From Bacteroidota bacterium (GTDB lineage Bacteria; Bacteroidota; Bacteroidia; Bacteroidales; JACABE01): 64,000 nucleotides of DNA. The position numbers and the translations under genes are program-made. Where the stretch lies: positions 94,060 through 158,059 of the forward strand of contig JAPLDQ010000021.1 in NCBI GenBank assembly GCA_026391675.1. Reading direction: 5' to 3'. Shown here piece by piece: positions 7,852-18,646 of the stretch. The notes under the pieces are model-generated. The model saw nothing but the letters and a program-made list of their open reading frames with translations, was not told the DNA's origin and did no database searches. Each line of letters opens with the position of its first letter. Within the stretch, counting starts at the first letter, position 1.

Positions 7852-9108
7852 ATGGCAAATAAGCATAAAATCATAATTGTGGGCGCCGGTTTTGCAGGTG
7901 TGCATCTGATTCATAAGCTGGATGCGGATATTTTTGATATTTTGCTTATTGATAAATTAAATCATCATCAGTTTCAGCCGCTTTTTTACCAGGTGGCTAC
8001 CTCGCAGATTGAACCTTCCAGCATTTCTTTCCCGATAAGGAATGTATTTAAGAAATATGATAATGTTCAAATCAGGTTGGCTGAAGTTTTGAGTGTGAAT
8101 CCTGAACATAAAAATATTACAACTACTATTGGCGATTTTAATTATGATTTCCTGATACTGGCTATGGGCTGTAAAACGAATTTCTTTGGAAATGAGGAAA
8201 TAGCAAAACATTCATTTACGCTGAAAACCACTTATGATGCCATTACTATCCGGAATCATATACTGCAGACCTTTGAGGATATTATTTCGGCTAATGCCTG
8301 TGAAAAAGAGGCCTTGCTGAATCTGGTAATCGTAGGAGCCGGTCCTACAGGTGTGGAATTGGCAGGTGCTTTCGCCGAAATCAGAAAGAATATTTTACCC
8401 AAAGACTATCATGGCATTGATTTTTCCGGATTTAAAATTATACTGGTAGAAGGTAGCAAGAACACGCTGAATAATATGAGTAATACTGCAAAACAAGCTT
8501 CGCGGCATTATCTCGAAAATATGGGTGTTACGGTACTTACCGAAACTTTCGTTAAGAATTATAATGGTGAAGTCATTGAATTCAGTAACGGAAATTCAAT
8601 TAAAACAAAAACTGTAATCTGGGCTGCAGGAGTTACTGCAAATTCAATCAGCGGTTTAAATGAGACTGTGTATACCAATACCAAAAGAATTAAGGTTAAC
8701 AGGATTAACAGGGTTGATACCTACAATGATATTTTTGCAGTAGGGGATATTGCTTATATGGAAACGCCATTGTATCCTAAAGGCCATCCGCAACTGGCAA
8801 ATGTGGCAATAAACCAGGCTAAATACCTGGCCTCTAATTTAAAAAATATAATATCGGACAAACCAACAAAGGAATACGAATACAAGGATTTGGGAACCAT
8901 GGCAACAATAGGAACCAATAAAGCCGTGGCTGATTTTAAAATCATAAAATTCAAGGGTTATTTTGCCTGGTTAATCTGGATGTTTTTACATTTAATGCTG
9001 ATACTCAGTGTGAAAAATAAGCTGTTTATTTTTATTAACTGGGCATTTGCCTATATAACCAAAGATACTTCATTACGACTTATTTTGAAAGACAACACTA
9101 AAGTCTGA
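7852..9108 (+). CDS. ndh: type II NADH:quinone oxidoreductase (NDH-2)
   Basis: Two dinucleotide-binding folds (IIIVGAGFAGV and VIVGAGPTGVELAG), the FAVGDIA motif and a C-terminal membrane-anchoring helix. Confidence 0.85.
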   Translation: MANKHKIIIVGAGFAGVHLIHKLDADIFDILLIDKLNHHQFQPLFYQVATSQIEPSSISFPIRNVFKKYDNVQIRLAEVLSVNPEHKNITTTIGDFNYDFLILAMGCKTNFFGNEEIAKHSFTLKTTYDAITIRNHILQTFEDIISANACEKEALLNLVIVGAGPTGVELAGAFAEIRKNILPKDYHGIDFSGFKIILVEGSKNTLNNMSNTAKQASRHYLENMGVTVLTETFVKNYNGEVIEFSNGNSIKTKTVIWAAGVTANSISGLNETVYTNTKRIKVNRINRVDTYNDIFAVGDIAYMETPLYPKGHPQLANVAINQAKYLASNLKNIISDKPTKEYEYKDLGTMATIGTNKAVADFKIIKFKGYFAWLIWMFLHLMLILSVKNKLFIFINWAFAYITKDTSLRLILKDNTKV

Positions 9109-9155
9109 TTTCTAAAACTGAACTTATTTTTTATTGAATTAGCTATAAATTAAAC

Positions 9156-9163
9156 TATATTTG
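9156..9163 (+). promoter_or_regulatory. -7 box TATATTTG
   Basis: Matches TAnnTTTG, 24 nt upstream of the ATG at 9187. Confidence 0.4.
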
Positions 9164-9186
9164 TATTGTTTTTTAATTAACACAAT

Positions 9187-10086
9187 ATGAAAAAGCTCTT
9201 ATTTCTGGCAGTTTTTATGCTGTTTATCAATCAGTTAAAATCTCAGGATTTTGCACCCATAGGTGCTAAATGGCATTATACTGAGAAATTTGCATTTTCC
9301 GGTAATATTTCATATAAATCAATTCAGTCAATTGGTAAAACAATTAAAAAAGGTAAATTATGCAGTATTTTGACTAATTCAGGAGGTTTTGATTGTTATT
9401 ATCACAATCAGATGGATTTTGTATATCAGGAGGATAGTATAGTATATTTTTATCTCGCTGCTATTGACAGTTTTCAGGTGTTATATAACCTTAAAGCTAA
9501 AAAAGATACTATGTGGAATGTTATATTTAATACAGATATTTATCCTTTACTAGATACTTTCAGAGTGAAAGTTGATTCTGTGTCTTCTGTAAATATAAAT
9601 GGGAAGGACTTAAAAAAAATGTTCGTATATTATCAGACAAAATCTATAACTGGGTATTATAGCAATTTTTATCCTAGTGTTATTATTGAAAATTTAGGTG
9701 ATATTTATTACCTGTTTAATTTGGGAGATAATCATGTTGCTTGTGATGGAAATTATTCAGAAGGTTTAAGATGTTATTCAGATTCGTTATTTGGGTTTTA
9801 TTCATCAGGGATAGCACCTTTTTGTACTTATACCGGTATAAATGAAACGAAACAGGATATTATTGAAATTTATCCTAATCCGGCTACAGATTTACTGAAT
9901 ATTAAAACAACTGACGGCAATACAGCATTCATTGAATTAAGAAATACCTTAGGTCAAGTGGTCTACAGCACATATTTTAAATCAGAAATCAGTGTTAATC
10001 TGAAAAGCTATCCGAAAGGATTATATTTTGTTAGTTTGCGGGAAAAAGATAAAATACTGGCAGTAAAGAAAATACTGAAAAATTGA
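9187..10086 (+). CDS. secreted protein with a T9SS C-terminal sorting domain
   Basis: Signal peptide. The C-terminus reads ..IYPNPATDLLNIK...GLYFVSL... Confidence 0.8.
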   Translation: MKKLLFLAVFMLFINQLKSQDFAPIGAKWHYTEKFAFSGNISYKSIQSIGKTIKKGKLCSILTNSGGFDCYYHNQMDFVYQEDSIVYFYLAAIDSFQVLYNLKAKKDTMWNVIFNTDIYPLLDTFRVKVDSVSSVNINGKDLKKMFVYYQTKSITGYYSNFYPSVIIENLGDIYYLFNLGDNHVACDGNYSEGLRCYSDSLFGFYSSGIAPFCTYTGINETKQDIIEIYPNPATDLLNIKTTDGNTAFIELRNTLGQVVYSTYFKSEISVNLKSYPKGLYFVSLREKDKILAVKKILKN

Positions 10087-10087
10087 T

Positions 10088-10381
10088 TTAAATAAAAACT
10101 ATTTCCTTAATCACTTCTTCTTTTACAGCGGTATTAAGCGCCAGCAATAATTTTGTTTTTGCAAAACTCAGTTCGTTTTTTAAAGCAGCAGTATCAACTT
10201 TTACAAATAAAGTCCGGTTTTTAATATACAAATTTTCGGTATGACGGCTAATCATACTGCCACAAACAGCGTCCCAGGCCTGTATGATGCGTGTTTCATT
10301 AATCTTGCCATTCATCTGGTAAGAACTAAGCAATGCTTCTATTGCTTCCTTAAGCGTAAATTCGTTGCTCTTTTTAAACAT
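10088..10381 (-). CDS. DUF721 (DciA-like) protein
   Basis: 97-aa protein overlapping the recF stop by 8 nt. This is the usual recF-DUF721 pairing, and the ..W..VCG..I..HT motif pattern is present. Confidence 0.7.
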   Translation of the reverse strand: MFKKSNEFTLKEAIEALLSSYQMNGKINETRIIQAWDAVCGSMISRHTENLYIKNRTLFVKVDTAALKNELSFAKTKLLLALNTAVKEEVIKEIVFI

Positions 10382-11492
10382 GAGTTGATATTTCGGTTAC
10401 TGTCCCTTTTTCAATATTAAATATTTTATGTGGAATTTTGATTTTATCAAAAATGGCAGCTATACGTTCGGCATTGGTATCCGTAATAAAAACCTGTTTA
10501 AAACTCTGGTCGGCCACTAAATTAATCAATTGCTCCACACGGCTGTTGTCCAGTTTATCAAAAATATCATCAAAAAGCAAAATGGGTTTAAATCCCTTTA
10601 TGTTTTTGGTGTATTCAAACTGAGCCAGTTTCAACGCAATAAAGAATGATTTCTGCTGACCCTGAGAACCGAATTTTTTAACGGCAAATTCATCCATCAT
10701 AAAATCAAGGTCATCCTTATGGATGCCAACGGTAGTATATTGTAAAGCCCTGTCGCGGTATATATTTTCCTTTAGTAAACTTTCCATGTCATTATCATTC
10801 AGTTGCGATTGATAATCAATGTTTACTTTTTCCTTGCCACCGGATATGAAAGCAAAATACTGCTGAAACAACGGGATGAATTCTTTCAGAAAAAGCTTGC
10901 GTTTCTGGTAAATGTTTTCACCATGCTTTTGCAGATGCATATTCCATAATTCAACGGATGAAGCATCAAAACGATTATTTTCTGCAAATTGTTTAAGTAA
11001 AGCATTACGCTGTTGTAATGCCTTATTGTAATTCATCAGGTCATCAAGATAAATGCGGTCGAACTGGGAAATAACACTGTCGATATATTTGCGCCTGACA
11101 TCACTGCCTTCGTTTATTAAATCCCTGTCGTAAGGCGAAACCATTACCAAAGGAAATAATCCGATATGGTCGGCCAAACGGTCGTATTCTTTTTTGTTGA
11201 TTTTAAATACTTTCCGCTGGTTTTTCTTCTGAATGCAACTAACTGTATCCTGCTGTTCATCCATACGTACATATTGACCATGAATGGCAAAAAAATCAGT
11301 TTCATGTTTGATGTTTTGCATGTCAATCAGATTAAAATAGCTTTTGCAGAAGGAAAGATAATAAATGGCATCCAGCAGATTCGTTTTTCCTTCACCATTA
11401 TTGCCCACAAAGCAATTGATTTTTTCAGAAAACCGGAGACTTGCTTCTGTGTAATTTTTAAAATTACTAATACTAAGACTTTTAAGAAACAT
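10374..11492 (-). CDS. recF: DNA replication and repair protein RecF
   Basis: Starts MFLKSLSISNFKNY and has Walker A GNNGEGKTNLLDAIY and Walker B ILLFDDIFDKLD. The track's N-terminal extension to 11564 would overlap ispH and is rejected. Confidence 0.9.
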   Translation of the reverse strand: MFLKSLSISNFKNYTEASLRFSEKINCFVGNNGEGKTNLLDAIYYLSFCKSYFNLIDMQNIKHETDFFAIHGQYVRMDEQQDTVSCIQKKNQRKVFKINKKEYDRLADHIGLFPLVMVSPYDRDLINEGSDVRRKYIDSVISQFDRIYLDDLMNYNKALQQRNALLKQFAENNRFDASSVELWNMHLQKHGENIYQKRKLFLKEFIPLFQQYFAFISGGKEKVNIDYQSQLNDNDMESLLKENIYRDRALQYTTVGIHKDDLDFMMDEFAVKKFGSQGQQKSFFIALKLAQFEYTKNIKGFKPILLFDDIFDKLDNSRVEQLINLVADQSFKQVFITDTNAERIAAIFDKIKIPHKIFNIEKGTVTEISTHV

Positions 11493-11497
11493 AATTT

Positions 11498-12370
11498 TTA
11501 ATATTTTCTGATTGTGTCTGCTATAGTTTCCATTAACCACATGGGTGTGGATGTTGCGCCGCAAATACCAACCTCTTTAACTCCTGCAAACCATTCTTTG
11601 TTGATTCCGTCAGCTTCTTCCACCAGATAAGTATTTGGATTAACTGATTTACATAATTCGAAAAGTATCATTCCATTGGAACTCTTTTTCCCGCTAACAA
11701 AAATAATGACTTCAAATTTTTTTGAAAAAACCTTTAATTCTTCACCGCGATTGGATACATGTCTGCAAATCGTATCATTGCTTTTAAAATCCGGTTCTTT
11801 TCCCGGATTAAACTGAACCATTCTTTTCTTTATTGTATCTGAAAGTTTTGCCAGTCCCTCAATACTTTCGGTAGTTTGAGCATATAAACGCGTAGGTCTG
11901 CTAAAGTCTATCTTTTCAATATCATCTTCATTTTCCACAACTATGGCGGTATTATCGGTTTGTCCGGCCAGTCCGTTTACTTCTGCATGTCCTGGTTTCC
12001 CATAAATAACGATTTGACCGTTTTTAAGCTTCATTTCTTCGTAAGCTATCCTTATCCTGTCCTGAAGTTTCAGCACAATAGGGCAGGAGGTATCGATGAG
12101 TTTAATATTATTTTCTTTTGCTATTTTGTAAGTTTCAGGTGGTTCGCCATGAGCGCGGATTAGAACGTTGCAATCGTGCAATGCCTTAAATTCCTCATAA
12201 GTAATATGTTTTAAACCTTTTTCGCTAAGCCGCTTTACTTCCATCCCATTATGTACAATATCACCAAGGCTATATAATTGCTTGTGTTCATCCAATTTTT
12301 TTTCAGCTGCATTGATTGCACGAACAACACCAAAACAAAAACCCGAATATGTATCTATTGTAACATTCAT
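11498..12370 (-). CDS. ispH: 4-hydroxy-3-methylbut-2-enyl diphosphate reductase
   Basis: LytB family with three cluster cysteines (GFCFGV, TSCPIV, DTICRHV). The start is taken at MNVTIDTYSG. Confidence 0.9.
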   Translation of the reverse strand: MNVTIDTYSGFCFGVVRAINAAEKKLDEHKQLYSLGDIVHNGMEVKRLSEKGLKHITYEEFKALHDCNVLIRAHGEPPETYKIAKENNIKLIDTSCPIVLKLQDRIRIAYEEMKLKNGQIVIYGKPGHAEVNGLAGQTDNTAIVVENEDDIEKIDFSRPTRLYAQTTESIEGLAKLSDTIKKRMVQFNPGKEPDFKSNDTICRHVSNRGEELKVFSKKFEVIIFVSGKKSSNGMILFELCKSVNPNTYLVEEADGINKEWFAGVKEVGICGATSTPMWLMETIADTIRKY

Positions 12371-12522
12371 CTTTGAAAAGTTTGTAAAGTGACAAGCAAT
12401 AAGAGGCAAACAAAAAGTGAAAAGTACTTTAAAATCTAAATCCATTTAGACTTAGAAATTCATAACTAATAACTTGTCGCTTATCACTTTGCACTTGTCG
12501 CTTAAATATAAACAATTAATAA

Positions 12523-12975
12523 CTAAAAGACTTCCAATATACTATGTTGTTTCCCGTTAAATTCGAAACTATTGCCTTTCTTTTTGGCTTTTATGGCTTC
12601 ATAAAAAGGAACTTTAACTGAAACTGCATAATAGGTTTCATTTTCCAGCATGATTTTACCTATGCTTATGGATATAAATAGTTTCTGGTCTTCAGTAATT
12701 ACAACAGAGCCAAACGAAACTGCTTTATTTTCCCTGGAAATATCAATCTTTTTTAATAATTCCAATTCTTCCAGTGCTTTTTCCAGCTGCTGACCGTACA
12801 TATCCTTCTTCCGTAATATCTGCATACGGTAAGAATCATAACGGTCTTTAGGAGCTCCGTATTCATTGGCAGTAATTTGTGCATCTGCCATCAATTCTTT
12901 TAGATTTTCAATTACATCAGTTTGATGCTGAAAACAAGCTTCGTAAAGTTTTTTCTTTAACTCCAGTTTATTCAT
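12523..12975 (-). CDS. hypothetical coiled-coil protein, possibly with a GreA-like C-terminal domain
   Basis: The N-terminus is helical and the C-terminus is a beta-rich ..FGSVVITEDQKLFISI.. segment. The family is recognised only loosely from memory. Confidence 0.3.
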   Translation of the reverse strand: MNKLELKKKLYEACFQHQTDVIENLKELMADAQITANEYGAPKDRYDSYRMQILRKKDMYGQQLEKALEELELLKKIDISRENKAVSFGSVVITEDQKLFISISIGKIMLENETYYAVSVKVPFYEAIKAKKKGNSFEFNGKQHSILEVF

Positions 12976-13037
12976 ATTTACGGTAAAAAATAATTTTGTA
13001 CTTTTACAGAAAAACTTCTACAAATATAGTATATAAA

Positions 13038-13514
13038 ATGATTTCGGAGAAAAATATCTTTATGGAAGAAGCCATCCGCTTAGCGGCTGAAAATCTTGAA
13101 TCAGGAAATGGTGGTCCATTCGGAGCTGTTGTGGTTAAAGACGGAATTATCATCGGACGTGGCAATAACAGTGTTACTTCTGCCAACGACCCGACTGCCC
13201 ACGCTGAAGTTAATGCTATCCGTGATGCCTGTAAGCATTTGAATTCCTTTCAACTGGAAGATTGCGAGATTTATACCAGTTGTGAGCCTTGTCCGATGTG
13301 TCTGGGTGCCATTTACTGGGCCCGACCCAGAAAAATATATTTTGCCTGCAATAAAAAAGATGCTGCCAATGCCGGCTTTGACGATTCATTTATTTACGAC
13401 GAAATTAATATTCCCTTGCCCGAAAGAGCAATACCTGCTATACAAATTATGCAGAAAGAAGCACAGCAGGTTTTTAAGGAATGGATAGCTTCAGATAAGA
13501 AAATACCTTATTGA
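13038..13514 (+). CDS. guaD: guanine deaminase (CDA-fold nucleoside/nucleobase deaminase)
   Basis: Motifs GGPFGAVVVKDG, DPTAHAEVNAIR, SCEPCPMCLGAIYWARP and GFDDSFIY closely follow B. subtilis GuaD as I recall it. Confidence 0.8.
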   Translation: MISEKNIFMEEAIRLAAENLESGNGGPFGAVVVKDGIIIGRGNNSVTSANDPTAHAEVNAIRDACKHLNSFQLEDCEIYTSCEPCPMCLGAIYWARPRKIYFACNKKDAANAGFDDSFIYDEINIPLPERAIPAIQIMQKEAQQVFKEWIASDKKIPY

Positions 13515-13624
13515 ATTTAGAAATTAGAAGTTAGAAGTTAGAATTAAGCAGATTAATCATAAATTACATTTTTTTGTAGTATATTTGTGCTGAACAATAT
13601 TTCCAATACCATAAATTGTTTCTT

Positions 13625-14086
13625 ATGAAAAAGTCATTCTCTGTATTCACTTTTACTTTACTGTTCTGTTGTATTATTTTGAATACCAACTGTAAAAAAG
13701 AAAGTTCGACACCGAATACAACAAAAAACACCACACTCACACCCGATACCTGCGATATCTTTATTGGAAACTATATGTTTACGGATTCAAGTTTTAATGT
13801 AAATAATTCAACAGTTTTTGAAGGTGTAAAAACTTATCCGATAAGTGTTGTAAAAGACAATAGTAAAGTTGCAGGCATATTTATTTATAATCTTTACACA
13901 AATGGGTTAATTTCATTAGGGGATATTCATGACTCTGTATGTAGTTTTGAAGGTAGTCTAAGTCAGCCTGTTTTTATTAATGGGGATGGTTCTGTTTCGG
14001 GTAATAAATTCAGCCTTTATTATACTATTTCAGCAAATCCTTTTGCAGTATATTCAATAAATAGGGGAACCGCAATTAGATATTAA
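13625..14086 (+). CDS. putative lipoprotein, unknown function
   Basis: Signal peptide ..CCIILNTNC. A TATATTTG box lies upstream at about 13582. Confidence 0.5.
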   Translation: MKKSFSVFTFTLLFCCIILNTNCKKESSTPNTTKNTTLTPDTCDIFIGNYMFTDSSFNVNNSTVFEGVKTYPISVVKDNSKVAGIFIYNLYTNGLISLGDIHDSVCSFEGSLSQPVFINGDGSVSGNKFSLYYTISANPFAVYSINRGTAIRY

Positions 14087-14222
14087 AGGAAGAAGGCAGA
14101 AGGTTGAAAAGTTATAAGTGATAATTCTCACTTTAGACAAATTTTTAATTCCTGACTCCTAATTCGTAATTCTTAATTCTTAATTTTTTAATTCTACCTT
14201 CTGCTATTGCCTAATGCCTGAT
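14087..14222. terminator. long imperfect inverted repeat between convergent genes (GCAGAAGGT 14096-14104 / ACCTTCTGC 14206-14214), built from AAGTTAT and TTCGTAAT/TTCTTAAT words
   Basis: The outer stem is a perfect 9 bp. The inner arms are purine-rich versus pyrimidine-rich word repeats. Confidence 0.4.
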
Positions 14223-16742
14223 TTAAAAGTCCCCTTCGTCACCACCACCATTACCATTTTCTGTAGTTTTTTTACGTGCTTTTGGTTTTAATCCGCCGTT
14301 AATTTTGTATGACAAGGTTAAATAGGCAACCTGTGATTGACGTTTATTATACATATAAGCTGAAAATCCTGTTCCAAAGGCTTCATTTTCCCATTTTTGG
14401 GTATTAAATATATCGCTAACCCTTAAACTTACAGAAAATTTATCCTTGAAGAAATCCTTTTTCACAGCAATATCAGCTGAATAAGTGGCATACATTTTCC
14501 CCTGAGGTGTAATTATTGGAGCACGGTAGTTACCGGAAATCTGTATGCTCAGGTTTTTATGCAAAGTCATGGTAGAATTCAATTTTGAAGTCCAGCTGTA
14601 ATTATCAGTAGAAATATTACCATCAATACTATTACCTTCAATAATGGTACGGAAATAACTGAAACTTGCATTAAAACGCCACCATTTAACGATTTCCTGT
14701 TCCAGAATAAAATCAACACCATAGGAAATTCCTTTTGAGAGATTCTGGTTGGTCATGTATGATTTACCGTCATTACCCAGATAAGAAATACGTTTGATTA
14801 CATCGTTGATCTGACGGTAATATACAGAAGTATAGAAAGAAGTTTTTGTCCAGTATTTTGAATGTCCTACTTCAAAAGAATTAATATATTCAGGTTTTAA
14901 ATAAGGATTGCCATAGCGGACCATCAATGGATTGGAATAGTCCTTGAATGGATTTACATCATGCATACTCGGACGGTTAACCCTGCGGCTGTAACTGAAT
15001 TGAATTTCGTTTTTATTGGGTAGTTTTCTCGATATATGCAAACTTGGATAAAGACTCATATAATTATTTTCAAAAGAAGTGCCTTGTGTCAATTGCTGAG
15101 CAATAGTATTTGCATATTCCAGTCTTAATCCGGCCTGAATTGAGTATTTTTCCCATTCTCTGGAAAGTGTTCCGTAAACAGCATTGATATTTTCTTTGTA
15201 GGCAAAATGATTCCTGGTTGTTAAATCCTCTGAATATATAGAAGTTATGCTATCCAGGGCATCTAAATGAAAATTATCATTAACATTCCTGAAAATCCCC
15301 TGATAACCCGTTTCAATTTTCATTTTTTCTGTAAATGGATGAACATAATTTATCAAAGCATTTGCAACCCAGTTATCACCAATATCATATTGCTTATGGA
15401 TGGAAGGAATTGCATTGTATAGATTTATATATTCAGTTTGATAATTATTTAAGCTCATATCTGTAATTTCAGAGCTTTTAGCTGAAGTATAGGAGAAGTC
15501 TGCTGTAAATTCACGATTGCGTTGAGCAAAGGTTTTTTTATAGTTTAACGAAATCAGTTTAGTATTGTCGTCTTCATTTTCAACATTAATCTGTTTGTAA
15601 TTATCTCTTGGAATATGGATAAAATCATCGGTCTGGCTGTATAGATTCTGTGTTCTTGTACTTCCGTCTTTAGAATATTGACCGGAAATAGTCAGTGTAT
15701 TTTTAGGATTGATATACCAGTCGAAACCGGCTTTTACGGAATTATCATGCATATTCCTTTCCATATCCGAATGCTGATAGGTATAGGTGGATGTATCCAT
15801 TAAAGTAGCAATTCTGGTGGTATTTCCATATCCTTTTCCCTGATTCCATCTGCCGTCATATGAGCCGAAAACATTGAACTTTTCGGTACTGTAATTCAGA
15901 TTTATTGAAGTATTGTAGCGATTGCTGGTTCCGGCACTTACTGAAGCCATGCCATTTAATCCCTGTGCTGTTTTCTTTTTTAATTTAATATTGATGATAC
16001 CCGACATGCCTTCAGGATTATATTTGGCAGAAGGATTGGTGATGATTTCAATGACATCAATTGAGCTGGCAGGTATTTGCTCCAATATGGCCTGACGGCT
16101 CATACCTGTTAAGCTGGATGGTCGCCCGTCAATTAAAATATTTACATTGGTACTCCCGCGTAAACTTACATTACCGTCTATATCAACGGTAACTGCAGGA
16201 ATGTTCTGCATTACATCAACCGCTGTTCCACCGGCACTTACCAGATTTTTATCAACGTTTACCACTTTTTTATCCAATGAGTATTCCATCATTTGTCTTT
16301 CGCCGGTAATAACAACACCCTCCAGGCTGCTGCTGGATGGAGAAAACTTAATTTCACCCATTTTTTTCTGAGGATCTTTGGGTGTAAGCGTTATATTAGG
16401 TAGTTTTAAATTGGCATAGCCAATAAAACTAATTACCAGATAATAATTACCAAAGGGTAATTTGTCTATAACAAAACTTCCTTTTGGATTTGTGATTGTA
16501 CCTCCGATCATTACTGAATCACTTGTGCGGTGAATTACGATGTTGGCATATTCAACACCCTGAGATGTTTTATTATCAACAATAGTACCCGATATACTTC
16601 CGGTACTTCCCATACCTTCACCACGGTAGGACTGACCTTGTCCGCCCTGTCCTTTATTATTTGAATTCTGACTGAAACTTATCTGTGTGATTGAGCTTAA
16701 TAGTAGGGTAAAAGCAATGAAAAGATTTTTTGAATAATACAT
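14223..16742 (-). CDS. TonB-dependent outer-membrane receptor with an N-terminal carboxypeptidase-regulatory-like domain
   Basis: Signal peptide, a GTIVDNKTSQGVEYANIVI beta-sandwich, a plug region ..IDVIEIITNPSAKYNPEG.., a long beta-barrel and a C-terminal Phe. Confidence 0.8.
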   Translation of the reverse strand: MYYSKNLFIAFTLLLSSITQISFSQNSNNKGQGGQGQSYRGEGMGSTGSISGTIVDNKTSQGVEYANIVIHRTSDSVMIGGTITNPKGSFVIDKLPFGNYYLVISFIGYANLKLPNITLTPKDPQKKMGEIKFSPSSSSLEGVVITGERQMMEYSLDKKVVNVDKNLVSAGGTAVDVMQNIPAVTVDIDGNVSLRGSTNVNILIDGRPSSLTGMSRQAILEQIPASSIDVIEIITNPSAKYNPEGMSGIINIKLKKKTAQGLNGMASVSAGTSNRYNTSINLNYSTEKFNVFGSYDGRWNQGKGYGNTTRIATLMDTSTYTYQHSDMERNMHDNSVKAGFDWYINPKNTLTISGQYSKDGSTRTQNLYSQTDDFIHIPRDNYKQINVENEDDNTKLISLNYKKTFAQRNREFTADFSYTSAKSSEITDMSLNNYQTEYINLYNAIPSIHKQYDIGDNWVANALINYVHPFTEKMKIETGYQGIFRNVNDNFHLDALDSITSIYSEDLTTRNHFAYKENINAVYGTLSREWEKYSIQAGLRLEYANTIAQQLTQGTSFENNYMSLYPSLHISRKLPNKNEIQFSYSRRVNRPSMHDVNPFKDYSNPLMVRYGNPYLKPEYINSFEVGHSKYWTKTSFYTSVYYRQINDVIKRISYLGNDGKSYMTNQNLSKGISYGVDFILEQEIVKWWRFNASFSYFRTIIEGNSIDGNISTDNYSWTSKLNSTMTLHKNLSIQISGNYRAPIITPQGKMYATYSADIAVKKDFFKDKFSVSLRVSDIFNTQKWENEAFGTGFSAYMYNKRQSQVAYLTLSYKINGGLKPKARKKTTENGNGGGDEGDF

Positions 16743-16877
16743 AAATCAGTAATATTTTACGGTTTTTAAAATCGTTTGCAAAAGTAGTTGAATTTAGCCA
16801 TTCAGCAAGCATTCTGCTGCAAACATTTGTAAGACATTTCATCATTTAAAAACTTGCGGTAAAAAACATAAAAAAAA

Positions 16878-16900
16878 CGGTTGAAATTAAATTTCAACCG
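16878..16900 (-). terminator. Rho-independent terminator of pepD
   Basis: CGGTTGAAAT-TAA-ATTTCAACCG is a perfect 10-bp stem, followed on the minus strand by a T8 run. Confidence 0.7.
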
Positions 16901-16927
16901 CTTTTTAAAATTATTTAACATTCCTTA

Positions 16928-18388
16928 TTATTTTGTTGGAACATTTTTTAAAGTTTCAACTAAAAATAACCAGAATTTATTTACACTTTCGATGTTTACT
17001 TTTTCATCCGGAGAGTGAGGGAAACGAATGGTCGGACCAAATGAAATCATATCCCAGTTAGGATATACGCCACCTAATAAACCACATTCCAGTCCGGCAT
17101 GAATAGCATAAATTTTTGGCACTTTACCAAACTGATTGTTATAAATGTCGAGCATTTTTTTCAAAATAGGAGAGTCTGGATTTGGTTTCCAGCCAGGATA
17201 TTGTCCATCAAAAATTATTTCAGCTCCTGCTAAATGAAATACAGATTCCATCTGACTTTCCAGATCAGCTTTTGCTGAATCAACTGAACTGCGTAATAAA
17301 CATAATACTTTAGCCAATCCTTCTTTTATTTCAATGATAGCGAGGTTGTTTGATGTTTCAACCAGACCTTCCATAGCATTACTCATGCGGACAACACCGT
17401 TTGGACAAGCATAAACAGCATCAATAAAGGTTTTCTGTGCTTTTTCGTCCATTACTTTTGAAGGTAATTCAGTAGTAACAGCATCCATTTTTAAATCAGG
17501 TTCAACAGCTGATAATTCTTTCTTTACTATTGCTTCATAAGTTTTTAATTTAGCAATAAACCCATCTTTATGAGCGGAAGGAATAGCAACAACTGCAAAT
17601 GATTCGCGTGGTATTGCATTGCGTAAACTGCCACCGTTTAAGGTTGAAATGCGTAAACCAAATTCATTTCCGGCTTCTTTTAAAAAGCGGTTCATGATTT
17701 TATTGGCATTTCCTCTTCCCAAATGGATATCAACACCTGAATGACCACCTTTTAAACCGGTAATCTTCAGATTGTAAGCAGTATATCCTGCAGGAACAAT
17801 AACTTCATTATATTTAAAGTTAATGTTTCCATTGGTACCACCTGCACAACCAATATATAATTCACCTTCATCTTCTGAATCAAGGTTCATTAAAATATCG
17901 CCTTTCAGATAGCCCGGTTGTAAACCGAATGCACCGGTCATTCCTGTTTCTTCGTCAATGGTGAAAAGGGCTTCAACCATACCATGTTGTAAGTCTTTAG
18001 CTTCCAGTACAGCCATAGCTGCTGCAACACCCATGCCATTATCAGCGCCTAATGTGGTTCCGTTTGCTTTAACCCATTCGCCGTCAATACGGGTTTCGAT
18101 AGGATCTTTTACGAAATCATGATTTTTATCGCTGTTTTTCTGAGGTACCATATCAAGGTGACCTTGTAAAACAACACCTTTACGGTTTTCCATACCGGGA
18201 GTGGCCGGTTTACGGATAATAACATTACCAACAGGGTCAACAACGGTTTCCAGACCAAGGTCTTCGCCGAATTTTTTCATGAAAGCGATACATGCAGCTT
18301 CATGTTTCGATGGGCGGGGAATTTGTGTAAGACTGTAAAAATGTTTCCAAATTGCTTTGGGTTCAAGATTTAAAATTTCTTTACTCAT
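16928..18388 (-). CDS. pepD: aminoacyl-histidine (Xaa-His) dipeptidase, M20 family
   Basis: Motifs ..FYSLTQIPRPSKHE.., GHLDMV and GADNGMG. The length of 486 aa is typical of PepD. Confidence 0.85.
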   Translation of the reverse strand: MSKEILNLEPKAIWKHFYSLTQIPRPSKHEAACIAFMKKFGEDLGLETVVDPVGNVIIRKPATPGMENRKGVVLQGHLDMVPQKNSDKNHDFVKDPIETRIDGEWVKANGTTLGADNGMGVAAAMAVLEAKDLQHGMVEALFTIDEETGMTGAFGLQPGYLKGDILMNLDSEDEGELYIGCAGGTNGNINFKYNEVIVPAGYTAYNLKITGLKGGHSGVDIHLGRGNANKIMNRFLKEAGNEFGLRISTLNGGSLRNAIPRESFAVVAIPSAHKDGFIAKLKTYEAIVKKELSAVEPDLKMDAVTTELPSKVMDEKAQKTFIDAVYACPNGVVRMSNAMEGLVETSNNLAIIEIKEGLAKVLCLLRSSVDSAKADLESQMESVFHLAGAEIIFDGQYPGWKPNPDSPILKKMLDIYNNQFGKVPKIYAIHAGLECGLLGGVYPNWDMISFGPTIRFPHSPDEKVNIESVNKFWLFLVETLKNVPTK

Positions 18389-18646
18389 GTTCTATATTTG
18401 TTAAAAATTAAACGTTTAAAATTGAATAGCAAAGTTAATAATTTATTGATTTGAGGCATTCTTTTTAAGGAATTTTATTAAAAAGGCTATTAGGCTTTTA
18501 GACTTTTAGGCTATTGGAGGGAAAGGGCGTATTTAAAATACTCCATTTAGTCTTTTTACAGATTAGGTTTTTTTAAAATTTTAATGTCATTTTTGTCATG
18601 CTGAACGATAGTGAAGCATCTAAAAATAAATTTTATAGTGAATTTA

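Noticed and set aside
13515-14222. CRISPR array or other spacer-repeat structure in the intergenic word repeats
   Set aside because: The repeat period is only 7-10 nt with no unique spacers, and no cas genes are present.
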